In this document: positions 11,923 to 24,337 of the stretch, in pieces
Position numbering within the stretch: the first letter of the stretch is position 1
Layout: the number at the start of each line of letters is the position of its first letter
From: Candidatus Omnitrophota bacterium
GTDB lineage: Bacteria; Omnitrophota; Gorgyraeia; JAFGGP01
Reading direction: 5' to 3'
Assembly (NCBI GenBank): GCA_016930485.1
Contig: JAFGGP010000013.1
Span: 153,157-217,156 of the forward strand
DNA: 64,000 bases
Translations under genes and position numbers: made by a program
The notes under the pieces: model-generated
Told to the model about the DNA's origin: nothing
The model's input: the letters and a program-made list of their open reading frames with translations, nothing else
Databases searched by the model: none

Positions 11923-11957
11923 GGCGCGCATGCAGAATTGCCGCATATGTGCCTTTT
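11923..11957 (+). terminator. Rho-independent terminator candidate after gdhA
   Basis: GGCGCGCATGC / GCATATGTGCC hairpin (10 of 11 pairs including G-U) followed by TTTT. It overlaps the track start of the next ORF. Confidence 0.5.
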
Positions 11958-13189
11958 GATATGCACGAAACACTTTGTCTATTCCGGAAAAAAGAAAATA
12001 GTGCTGCCATTCAAACACCCTCGCAGCACCTTTCTCTACAAAAAAACCGCTTCCCGCGCCATTTCTTCTCAATCGCTCAAAAAACGCATCCAGGCTTTTC
12101 TTAACAAACACCAGAATGTACTATTCAATAAAAAGGTCTGCCTAGTCCTTCCTGATCATACACGCGACTTCGACTCTAAGCTTATCATGACACTGTTGTT
12201 CGATTCATTGAAACAATATGCTAAACGAATAGATTGTGTCGTCGCGCTGGGATTACACAAAAAACTAAACAGCGAAGAAAAGGACAAGTACGGTGCATCC
12301 GTCATTGTCCACCCTCATACATTCAGACAACATTCCTTAGTGCAGACAGTCCTCCTGGGTGCAACAAACGGTATCCCGGTTTGCCTCAATAAACATCTTT
12401 TTTCCTGCGATATAATCCTTACCATAGGTATTGTTGAGCCCCACCTCTATGCCGGATTCAGTGGAGGCATAAAATGCCTGAGTATCGGCTTGGCCGGAAG
12501 AGAGACTATTCTTGGAACGCACGCCGTATCGTTCCTTTCGCAACGTAACGTTGTCATGGGCAATGTAACCACCAATCCGTTCCAACGGTTCCTGTGGGAT
12601 GCGTTCGCGCTAATAGATATCCCGACCTACTCGTTCAATATCGTCAAAAATCATAAAAAACAAATTGTGTTTTGCTCCTTTGATTCCCCTCGGCAATCAT
12701 TTCGTAAGGCGACTGCTTTTGCCAAGGGCGTTTTTGGATATGTGGTAAAAAAAACAATTTGACGTCGTATTTATCGGATGCGACTATCCAAAAAATAAAA
12801 ACCTGCATCAGGCGTCACGGCTATTTAATTACGTCATTGATAGAAGAACCTTGGTAAAAAAGGGAGGGGCAATCGTTGTATTTGCAGCCATCGAAAAAGG
12901 GGAAAGGAGCACTACAGAAAAAAATTTTGAACGACTATTACACAGCAAAAGTATCCCCGAAAACTACTCATTTGTACGATTGGGCAAGCACCGGGCATAT
13001 AAGGTGTTGCAGGCGGCCAAGCACGCCGAACTCTGCATATGCAACAACACATCAGCATCAGGATATAACATGCCCAGCATCCGGTTTTTCAATACACCGA
13101 AATCAACCTATAGCTGGCGTCGGAAAAGATACGGGAAAGGACTGCGATTGGGAATTATCCCACTTGGTTTTTCCTTTACACCTCGCTAA
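11938..13189 (+). pseudogene. LarA-like (DUF2088, lactate-racemase family) gene split by a +1 frameshift in an A8 run
   Basis: The N-terminal ORF (LVLPDHTRDFD, ALGLHKK, VEPHLYAGFSGGIKC) stops at 12760-12762. The frame continues as QFDVVFIGCDYPKNKNLHQASRLF...KKGGAIVVFAA in the +1 frame right after A8 at 12747-12754. The combined length of about 417 aa equals LarA size. The true start is uncertain (11938-12001). Confidence 0.7.
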
Positions 13190-13234
13190 GAGTTCTATAC
13201 AATACACTACTATATGGCCTAAAGGAGACGCGAA

Positions 13235-14767
13235 ATGCAAGAAACAACCGGCATAAAAAATATAGGCTTTGATAATGAAAAATACCTCGAAAAGCAAAGC
13301 CGGGCAATCCTGGAACGGGTAAAGAAATTTAATAACAAATTATATCTTGAATTCGGCGGTAAACTGCTCTTTGATTACCATGCCTCGCGAGTCCTGCCAG
13401 GCTTTGACCCAAACGTAAAAATGCGACTCCTTCAGTCGCTGAAAGAAGAGGCCGATATCATTTTATGTATCTACGCGGGTGATATTGAACGACGGAAGAT
13501 GCGGGCTGATTTTGGGATTACCTATGATGTGGATGCGATGAAGCTTATCGACGATCTCGCGCAGTGGAGGCTTCCTGTGCGCGCAGTCGTCATCACCCGT
13601 TTCGAAGATCAACCAGCAGTAAATATCTTTAAGAATAAACTGGAGCGCAGGGGCATTGCCGTTTACACCCACCGGGCAATTAAAGGGTATCCAACGGATA
13701 TCAGCCGCATTGTTAGCGATGAAGGATTTGGCTCGAATGAATATATCAAAACCGAAAAATCCCTTATTGTGGTAACCGCGCCCGGGCCGGGAAGTGGTAA
13801 ATTGGCAACGTGCCTCAATCAACTCTACCACGAACATAAAAAAGGCATATCTGCCGGATATGCGAAATTCGAGACATTTCCCATATGGAACATCCCTGTT
13901 CATCACCCAGTCAATAAGGCCTATGAGGCCGCCACTGCCGACCTTAGAGACTTTAACCTTATCGACCCCTTCCATCTGGAGACATACGGTAAAACGGCTG
14001 TGAATTACAACAGGGACGTAGAGATCTTCCCGGTGCTTAAGCGTATCCTGGAAAAAATTATGGACCAGGAATCTCTATATCATTCGCCTACGGATATGGG
14101 GGTAAACTGCGCAGGGTTTGGGATTGTCGACGATGCGGCTGTCTCAGAGGCCGCAAAACAGGAGATTATCAGGAGATTTTTCAGGTATAGCTGCGAATTT
14201 GCCTTGGGGCTGGAAAATAAAGAAACCGTTGAGCGAACAACGAGGCTCCTAGAAGAGTTGGATATAACCCTGGAGGATAGAAAAACAGTCACGCCAGCCC
14301 GTGAGGCAGCCAAACAGGCAGAACAAATAGGGGCGGGAAATAAGGGGATTTACTGCGGGGCGGCTGTAGAGTTGCATGACGGTTTTATTGTAACCGGAAA
14401 AAACTCGGGGCTATTACACGCCTCTTCGAGCTTGATTTTAAACGCGATAAAAAGGCTTGCAGAAATTCCGGATAAATTGCATCTCCTTTCGCCAGTCGTC
14501 ATCGAATCAATAGGGGGACTGAAAAAGAATATCCTGCATGCAAAATCGGTAAGTCTTGATCTGGAAGAAACGTTAATTGCGCTCAGCATCTGTGCCGCCA
14601 GTAATCCAACCGCGCACCTCGCCATGCAGCAACTGCAGCACCTGCGCGGGTGTGAGGCTCATATAACGCACATCCCGACGCCTGGCGATGAGGCGGGACT
14701 GAGAAGGCTTGGAGTAAATCTGACGGCCGACCCTTACTTTTCTACAAAAAGCCTTTATGTTGCATAA
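13235..14767 (+). CDS. DUF1846 (UPF0371) family protein
   Basis: 510 aa. The N-terminus [19 protein letters not shown]...[25 protein letters not shown] matches my recollection of the UPF0371 family. Confidence 0.75.
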   Translation: MQETTGIKNIGFDNEKYLEKQSRAILERVKKFNNKLYLEFGGKLLFDYHASRVLPGFDPNVKMRLLQSLKEEADIILCIYAGDIERRKMRADFGITYDVDAMKLIDDLAQWRLPVRAVVITRFEDQPAVNIFKNKLERRGIAVYTHRAIKGYPTDISRIVSDEGFGSNEYIKTEKSLIVVTAPGPGSGKLATCLNQLYHEHKKGISAGYAKFETFPIWNIPVHHPVNKAYEAATADLRDFNLIDPFHLETYGKTAVNYNRDVEIFPVLKRILEKIMDQESLYHSPTDMGVNCAGFGIVDDAAVSEAAKQEIIRRFFRYSCEFALGLENKETVERTTRLLEELDITLEDRKTVTPAREAAKQAEQIGAGNKGIYCGAAVELHDGFIVTGKNSGLLHASSSLILNAIKRLAEIPDKLHLLSPVVIESIGGLKKNILHAKSVSLDLEETLIALSICAASNPTAHLAMQQLQHLRGCEAHITHIPTPGDEAGLRRLGVNLTADPYFSTKSLYVA

Positions 14768-14879
14768 GGGACAGCTCTGACTATAGTGCTTGACCGAGAG
14801 GGAAAAGTATGTTAGTCTTATATATTTAAGATGTGCTTTTCCAACCATTCATTCCCCATAAAGACAAAGGAGTCGTATC

Positions 14880-16214
14880 ATGGCACACAATAACTTTACA
14901 AAAAAAGATGTTATCAGACTGGTTAAAGAAAATGACGTAAAGTTCATAAGACTATGGTTTGCAGATATTACCGGCCAGACTAAGGGATTTGCCATTACCA
15001 GAGAAGAGCTCGAAAATGCCCTTGAAGACGGCATGGGTTTTGACGGCTCTTCGATTAAAGGTTTTGCCCGCATCGACGAGTCTGACATGATCGCCATGCC
15101 CGATCCAACCACATTCACTATCCTTCCCTACAGACCCAAGGAAAAGGCGGTTGCCGGCATGCTCTGCGACATCCTCACCCCTGATAAAACTCCGTATCAG
15201 GGCGATTCGCGGTATATCCTCAAAAGAAATCTGGAAAAGGCCGCTCAAAAGGGGTGCACCTTCTATACCGGTCCCGAGCTTGAATTTTTCGTATTCCGCA
15301 ATGAAAAAGGGACCGAAACAATTGACGAAGGTGGGTATTTTGACATTACTACGCTGGATGCAGGAAATGACGTGCGGAGAGAGATAATTCTCACGCTTGA
15401 GCAGATGGGAATTCAGGTAGAGTATTCTCATCATGAAGTTGCGCCCTCACAGCATGAAATCGACCTACGTTATACCGAAGCCCTCACCATGGCTGACACC
15501 GTCATGCTGTACCGGATGGTGGTAAAAGAGGTTGCACAAAAACATGAGCTCTATGCGACCTTCATGCCAAAACCCATATTCGGCGTAAATGGCTCAGGTA
15601 TGCATACGCATCAGTCGCTTTTTAAGGGCAGCACCAATACATTTTTTGATGCTAACGACGAGTATCACCTGTCTACGGTAGCAAAGTCATACATCGCCGG
15701 CCTGCTTAAACATGCCCCGGAAATTACCCTGGTCTGTAACCAGTGGGTTAATTCGTATAAGCGTCTTGTGCCGGGATACGAAGCGCCGGTCTATATCTGC
15801 TGGGCCAGAAGGAACCGTTCTGCACTGGTAAGGGTGCCTATGTATCAGCCGGGAAAAGAAAAGGCTACCAGAATAGAATTTAGATCACCAGACCCGGCAT
15901 GTAACCCGTATCTTGCTTTCTCCTGCATGCTCGCAGCCGGGATGAAGGGCGTTGACGAAGGCTATGACTTTTGTGCACCGACCGAGCGAGATGTGTATAA
16001 CCTTTCTGAGGAAGAGCGCAAAAGCATGAACATCAAGTGCCTTCCGGGGAGTCTGATTGAGGCGATCGAAATAGCAGAACCAAGTACGCTTCTTAAGGAG
16101 GCGCTTGGAGAACATATCTTTGAAAATCTTATCGCAAGCAAAAAAATCGAGTGGGATGAATACCGGAAACAGGTGCATGAATTTGAGACAAAAACATACT
16201 TGCCGATTTTATAA
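14880..16214 (+). CDS. glnA: Glutamine synthetase, type I
   Basis: 444 aa. FDGSSI, the HHEVAPSQHEID region, NGSGMHTHQS and the NSYKRLVPGYEAP motif. Confidence 0.95.
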   Translation: MAHNNFTKKDVIRLVKENDVKFIRLWFADITGQTKGFAITREELENALEDGMGFDGSSIKGFARIDESDMIAMPDPTTFTILPYRPKEKAVAGMLCDILTPDKTPYQGDSRYILKRNLEKAAQKGCTFYTGPELEFFVFRNEKGTETIDEGGYFDITTLDAGNDVRREIILTLEQMGIQVEYSHHEVAPSQHEIDLRYTEALTMADTVMLYRMVVKEVAQKHELYATFMPKPIFGVNGSGMHTHQSLFKGSTNTFFDANDEYHLSTVAKSYIAGLLKHAPEITLVCNQWVNSYKRLVPGYEAPVYICWARRNRSALVRVPMYQPGKEKATRIEFRSPDPACNPYLAFSCMLAAGMKGVDEGYDFCAPTERDVYNLSEEERKSMNIKCLPGSLIEAIEIAEPSTLLKEALGEHIFENLIASKKIEWDEYRKQVHEFETKTYLPIL

Positions 16215-16316
16215 CGGTGGCAGTATTATCATGCCTATTGCAAGCAGACGACGAAAACGAAAAGACTACAGTAATGCGGTTTGTGTTTTGTAACACAATC
16301 AGGAAAGTGGGGAAAA

Positions 16317-16345
16317 GACAAGGGAGGGCGCCCTTGTCTTTTTTT
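16317..16345 (+). terminator. Rho-independent terminator between glnA and carA
   Basis: GACAAGGG / CCCTTGTC stem with a 6-nt loop, followed by T7. It ends only 25 nt before the carA ATG. Confidence 0.7.
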
Positions 16346-16370
16346 ATGTAGACAGGGGAGTGCGCGCAAT

Positions 16371-17448
16371 ATGAAGGCCTTGCTCATGCTCGAAGACGGA
16401 ACCTGTTTTGAAGGACAGACGTTCGGAGCCTCCGGCACGAAGACCGGCGAGGTCGTATTTAATACCAGCATGTCCGGATATCAGGAGATACTCACCGACC
16501 CCTCTTATAAAGGGCAAATCGTTGCCATGACGTATCCCTTGATCGGCAATTATGGCGTCAATGAGGAGGACGTGGAATCTCATCGGCCGTGGGTTGAAGG
16601 CTTTCTTATCAGAGAAAAGAGCAATCTGGCAAGCAACTGGAGAAGCACAGAATCACTCGAAGACTATCTCAGGCAACATGATATTCCCGGCATCGAAGGA
16701 ATCGACACAAGGGCCCTCACCAGACATATCAGAAGTGCCGGTGCCATGAAGGCTGTCATATCAACCGATGAAGCAATAAGTCGCGATAGCCTGCTTACAC
16801 TTGTACGAAAAAGTGACTCCCTTGTAGGGAAAGATCTGGTCAAAGAGGTAACATCCGATAAACCACAATGCTGGAATAAAAAAGGTGCCTATAAAGTCGT
16901 GGTGCTCGACTGCGGTGTAAAATATAATATTTTGAGAGAACTCGCCAAGCGAAACTGTGAAGTATATGTAGCCCCGGCATACAGTAGCGCAAAAGATATC
17001 CTCGGGCAGAAACCGCACGGGGTGCTACTCTCGAACGGCCCGGGAGACCCTGCAGGCGTACCGTATGTCGTTGAGACAGTAAAGGGCCTCGTCGGAAAAA
17101 TACCCTTGTTCGGTATCTGCCTCGGCCACCAGATGCTCGGTCTGGCGCTCGGGGGAAAAACGTTTAAACTTAAATTCGGACATCACGGGGCAAATCATCC
17201 GGTTAAAGACACAACCACAGGAAAGATTGCCATTACCGTTCAAAATCACGGCTTCTGTGTTGATGTAGAATCGCTGAATGACCCGGATATCGAAATCACA
17301 CACATCAACCTCAATGACCAAACCGTTGAGGGCTTACGGCATAAAAAGCTGCCTCTTTTTGCGGTGCAATTTCATCCTGAGGCATCACCGGGGCCGAACG
17401 ACGCAAAGTATCTTTTTGATGAGTTCATTAACCTCATGAAACAAAACA

Positions 17449-17456
<8 letters not shown>
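16371..17456 (+). CDS. carA: Carbamoyl-phosphate synthase small (glutaminase) subunit
   Basis: [20 protein letters not shown] start, GICLGHQ catalytic Cys and FHPE. The start is moved from the track 16281 to the ATG at 16371. Confidence 0.95.
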
Positions 17457-20731
<3,275 letters not shown>

Positions 20732-20892
20732 CCTGCATGCTGTTTCCTGCATGGTGTGTTTGCCTGTAGCGTGTTGCACCTCGCTGGAATGGCAGGGTGT
20801 TTCGCACCATTTTATTGCCATTGTGTTGAGGTGTAACGGGCCATCCAGGAAGAGCAGAGTTACACGGCCTCAAAATGACTTTTTTTATTAAT

Positions 20893-20919
20893 GTAACTTA
20901 TAATTAAATAATAAGTTAC
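20893..20919. repeat. Perfect 9-bp inverted repeat GTAACTTAT-N9-ATAAGTTAC (possible operator or hairpin)
   Basis: Read directly from the sequence. It lies 17 nt upstream of the -35 of the 21034 promoter, in an AT-rich spacer. Confidence 0.6.
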
Positions 20920-20936
20920 GGCTATCAAGAAAAAGG

Positions 20937-20965
20937 TTGACACCTCTTACCCTACGGTGTATAGT
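20937..20965 (+). promoter_or_regulatory. Near-consensus sigma70 promoter TTGACA-N17-TATAGT
   Basis: TTGACA at 20937-20942 and TATAGT at 20960-20965. The only strong promoter-like element in the 302-bp spacer before the ATPase gene. Confidence 0.6.
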
Positions 20966-21033
20966 ACATGTGTTTTTCCCCCAATTTTCCTTATTAGTAC
21001 TATTTAGTAGGACTTATATATACATACAATATA

Positions 21034-22671
21034 ATGTTTAGCGACCCTATCCTCGGAGAGGATTTTTTCGGCCGGGAAGAGGTTCTTTCTCTTCTTGAAA
21101 AAAGAGTAGAGGCATTTCAGGAAGGCTATAAGCAAAATATCGCCATTCTGGGGCCTGAACTCTCAGGAAAAACCTCCCTTGCATATCAATTCATATCCCG
21201 CATAGCATCAGCAAAAAAACTTATCCCAATCTACCTCGCAATACATAAGACATCTTTCGAAGAGTTCATACAACGATTTATCGGTGCCTGTCTGTACGGC
21301 GTTTATAATAACTGTGAAAAAAACTCTACAGAAAATATGGACTACGATATGCTGCTCATGTACACCAGGCAAAATTTTCCAAAATTGGCCGAGGCAATTG
21401 CCGGCATCAAAAATGATGTTGTCGAAGGGTACAACGAAAGGGCTTTTGAATCGGTTCTTGAGCTACTGAATGCTATACGGGGAGAAACGGAAAAAAATAT
21501 TATTATGGTGATGGATGAATTTCACGGACTGCAGGACCTGAGGCTTTCGAATCCATTCCTTGTGCTTGCAGATAGAATTATGGTTCAAAAGAATATTATG
21601 TACATCATTGTGAGTTCCAAGAAGATTATCGCTAAAGAAATCCTCTCACAAAAACTGTCCCTGCTCTTCGGAAATTTTGAACTGATTGATCTCGAACCTT
21701 TCTGCGAGCAGGCGGCACGGGAATTTATTAATCGCAAGCTGGTCGATCTTGAAATGTCCGAACATCTTGCTTCTTTCCTTATTTATTTCACTGCCGGATA
21801 CCCCCTCTATCTTGACCTCATTACATCAAAGATCCGCGACATAGCCAATACCGAAAACAAAAATATCGTGACCGTCTCATGCCTCAGCAGATCTATCGAG
21901 GCAATCATGTTTAATTCCCGGGGTGTCGCATTTCAGTACTACCTCAATATCATAAACCAACTGTCGAATGGTAGAAGCTGGTCGTATTATCTGTCGATCC
22001 TTTTGGCCATTACACATAACAATATCTCAAATAGGGAAATTGCTCGATATCTGAAAAAAACGACAAAAGAGATGTCGAAACATATAAGTAAGCTCGTGGA
22101 AGGGGGAATAATCATAAAGTGTGGCTCTTTCTATGTATTTGCCGACCGGATGTTCTCCTATTGGCTCAAAAATGTATACGCCGTTCGCCAGGCAACGTTC
22201 CTTTATGATTTACAAAATTTGTCAAAAAAATTCCGGAGGGACTTGGAAAGTTACATCTCCTTTTATATAAGTGAGATAAAGAAAAAAAAGGAGGATAGAA
22301 TCCTCGAGTTATTTCAGATGTTTGGTAATGACCTTGTGGAACTCGACGGCCGATCTTTTCGTCTTCCGCAATTCTCCCACGTAAGATTAAAAAGCACCAA
22401 AGACGGTTATCCGCTTATTACTGCTCAGCGACAAAATAAAAAATGGCTCTGCACATTTCAGGATCACACCATCTCTGAAAGCAAAATTCTCAATCTTATC
22501 GACAGCATCAAGCAGCAGAAGAAGGAATACAACAAAAAAATTCTGATCGCACTTAATGGCATGGATATTAATGCCAAGTTGTACGCAAAAGAAGCGAATA
22601 TTTGGCTATGGGATTTAAAAGAAATTAACCGCGTTCTTGAGATATACAAAAAAATTCATCTCTTACCCTAG
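21034..22671 (+). CDS. AAA/STAND-like ATP-binding protein (Arch_ATPase-type N-terminus, wHTH, DUF234-like C-terminus)
   Basis: 545 aa. FFGREEVLSLLEKRV, Walker A GPELSGKTS, Walker B IIMVMDEFH and a wHTH-like ISNREIARYLKKTTKEMSKHISKLVEGGII. The C-terminal roughly 120 aa resemble the DUF234/restriction-endonuclease-like tail but lack a clear D..ExK. Confidence 0.6.
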   Translation: MFSDPILGEDFFGREEVLSLLEKRVEAFQEGYKQNIAILGPELSGKTSLAYQFISRIASAKKLIPIYLAIHKTSFEEFIQRFIGACLYGVYNNCEKNSTENMDYDMLLMYTRQNFPKLAEAIAGIKNDVVEGYNERAFESVLELLNAIRGETEKNIIMVMDEFHGLQDLRLSNPFLVLADRIMVQKNIMYIIVSSKKIIAKEILSQKLSLLFGNFELIDLEPFCEQAAREFINRKLVDLEMSEHLASFLIYFTAGYPLYLDLITSKIRDIANTENKNIVTVSCLSRSIEAIMFNSRGVAFQYYLNIINQLSNGRSWSYYLSILLAITHNNISNREIARYLKKTTKEMSKHISKLVEGGIIIKCGSFYVFADRMFSYWLKNVYAVRQATFLYDLQNLSKKFRRDLESYISFYISEIKKKKEDRILELFQMFGNDLVELDGRSFRLPQFSHVRLKSTKDGYPLITAQRQNKKWLCTFQDHTISESKILNLIDSIKQQKKEYNKKILIALNGMDINAKLYAKEANIWLWDLKEINRVLEIYKKIHLLP

Positions 22672-22676
22672 TAACC

Positions 22677-23207
22677 ATGGCTGACTTAATGTGGGCCCCC
22701 TGGAGAAAAAAGTACGTTGCTTCACCCTCTGATGAAGGGTGTATTTTTTGCATCAAGCCCCAAGAGAAAAAAGACAGAAAAAATTATATACTGAGACGTG
22801 CTAAATATTCTTTTGCATTATTAAATCTCTATCCTTATAATAATGGCCATATAATGATTGCTCCGTATCGTCATGCAGCAACGCTCTCGGCATTAAAGCC
22901 GTGCGAACGCAATGAGCTCTGGAATATGGTTGTTGTCTTTGAGGAGATTTTACAGAATGCCCTGAATCCACATGGATTCAATATAGGACTGAATGTGGGA
23001 AAGGCCGGGGGAGCAGGGTTTGATGAACATCTGCATATCCACATTGTTCCCCGGTGGTCAGGGGATACAAATTTTATGCCGGTACTTGCTGATATTAAAG
23101 TCATCCCAGAATCCATGGAATCTGTTTATCAAGTGTTAACTGCTGAAATGCGAAAAAGAGGGGGCAGTGCTGGTAAAACGAAAAGATCTAGAAAAAAGAG
23201 AGCATGA
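22677..23207 (+). CDS. HIT family protein (Ap4A-phosphorylase / GalT-like branch) with basic C-terminal tail
   Basis: 176 aa. CIFC, LLNLYPYNNGHIMIAPYRH and HLHIHIVPR histidine triad. The tail is RKRGGSAGKTKRSRKKRA. Confidence 0.85.
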   Translation: MADLMWAPWRKKYVASPSDEGCIFCIKPQEKKDRKNYILRRAKYSFALLNLYPYNNGHIMIAPYRHAATLSALKPCERNELWNMVVVFEEILQNALNPHGFNIGLNVGKAGGAGFDEHLHIHIVPRWSGDTNFMPVLADIKVIPESMESVYQVLTAEMRKRGGSAGKTKRSRKKRA

Positions 23208-24330
23208 GCTCTTGGCCTCTTTTGCTGTAAAAAGCGCGGCGAGCAAAGGGAGAATATACAACGAACCAGAACACGATTACCGGAGTTGCTACCAGAGAGA
23301 CCGCGACCGGGTGATTCATTCAACCGCTTTTCGACGCCTCGAATATAAAACCCAGGTATTCGTGAATCACGAAGGCGATTACTATCGTACGCGGCTTACC
23401 CACACCCTCGAGGCAACACAACTTGCCCGTACAATCGCGCGCTCCCTGGGACTGAACGAAGATCTAGTTGAGACTATTTCTTTGGCGCATGACATCGGAC
23501 ACCCTCCTTTTGGGCACGCAGGAGAAACAGCCTTAAAGGAACTTATGAAGGAAAAAGGGGGGTTCGAACATAACAGGCAAGGGCTGCGAGTCGTCGATCG
23601 TTTGGAAAAAAGGTATCCTGATTTTGACGGGTTAAATCTCACTTGGGAAGTACGCGAGGGCATCAATAAACATTTTACAGCTTTCGATAAAACAGAAGCG
23701 AGTAAAGAATTTGCACAGCATGCCTTTCCGACACTTGAGGCTCAAGTTGCCGATGTCGCCGATGAGATTGCCTACGATAACCACGATCTGGACGACGGTC
23801 TGACATCAGGTCTTCTACAAGAAGAAGAGCTTGACAGAGTAGAATTATGGCACATTGCCAAAGAGCAGGTTCTGAGAAAAGAAAAACAATATGATCCTGA
23901 GATACATAAATACCAGATTATTAGATATTTGATCAACTGGCAGATTATCGACGTGATCACAGAAAGCTGTCGCAGGTTAAAGGAATATAACATACAATCT
24001 CCGGAAGAGGCAAAAAACTGCTCGGTCAGAATAATATCTTTTAGCAGTGATATGTTTCGGTTGCGAAAGCCGTTGGAAGCATTCTTGTTAGAAAATCTGT
24101 ATCACCATTATCGCGTCGTCCGCATGTCGGATAAGGCGCGCCGGTTTGTGAAAGATCTTTTTGAATTGTACGTTGCTAAACCCGCTCAACTGCCGCCCGG
24201 TCCACAAAAAAGACTGAAAGCCGGTGGCGAAGATGAATATGTGGTTGTCTGTGATTATATTGCGGGAATGACGGATCGATTTGCTCTTGACGAACATAAA
24301 AAACTATTCGAACCTTACGAAAAAGTGTAA
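23167..24330 (+). CDS. dgt: dGTP triphosphohydrolase-like HD-domain protein
   Basis: 387 aa. YQRDRDRVIHSTAFRRLEYKTQVF, RLTHTLE and AHDIGHPPFGH motifs. GTG start overlapping the HIT gene by 41 nt. Confidence 0.9.
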   Translation: MLVKRKDLEKREHELLASFAVKSAASKGRIYNEPEHDYRSCYQRDRDRVIHSTAFRRLEYKTQVFVNHEGDYYRTRLTHTLEATQLARTIARSLGLNEDLVETISLAHDIGHPPFGHAGETALKELMKEKGGFEHNRQGLRVVDRLEKRYPDFDGLNLTWEVREGINKHFTAFDKTEASKEFAQHAFPTLEAQVADVADEIAYDNHDLDDGLTSGLLQEEELDRVELWHIAKEQVLRKEKQYDPEIHKYQIIRYLINWQIIDVITESCRRLKEYNIQSPEEAKNCSVRIISFSSDMFRLRKPLEAFLLENLYHHYRVVRMSDKARRFVKDLFELYVAKPAQLPPGPQKRLKAGGEDEYVVVCDYIAGMTDRFALDEHKKLFEPYEKV

Positions 24331-24337
24331 GATCCTC

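Noticed and set aside
12378-12385. A third GGTTTGCC (reverse complement of GGCAAACC) occurrence, considered as another GEMM-like element.
   Set aside because: It lies inside the LarA-like coding sequence, without the GNRA hairpin, GCAAAG or GGCUGCC blocks. It is a chance octamer.
12876-13256. A 126-aa ORF overlapping the C-terminal LarA-like fragment in another frame.
   Set aside because: The alternative frame (12851-13189, extendable back to 12749) carries the LarA-like continuation. This ORF has no motif and runs into the next gene's start.
13463-13975. A 170-aa antisense ORF inside the DUF1846 gene. Similar long antisense or nested ORFs include 42676-43293, 14952-15434, 25274-25774, 19010-19483, 39772-40191 and 6966-7379.
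   Set aside because: Each lies fully inside a gene with strong family motifs on the other strand. They have odd composition (Arg/Ser/Cys-rich or low complexity) and no SD or motif, so I treat them as frame shadows.
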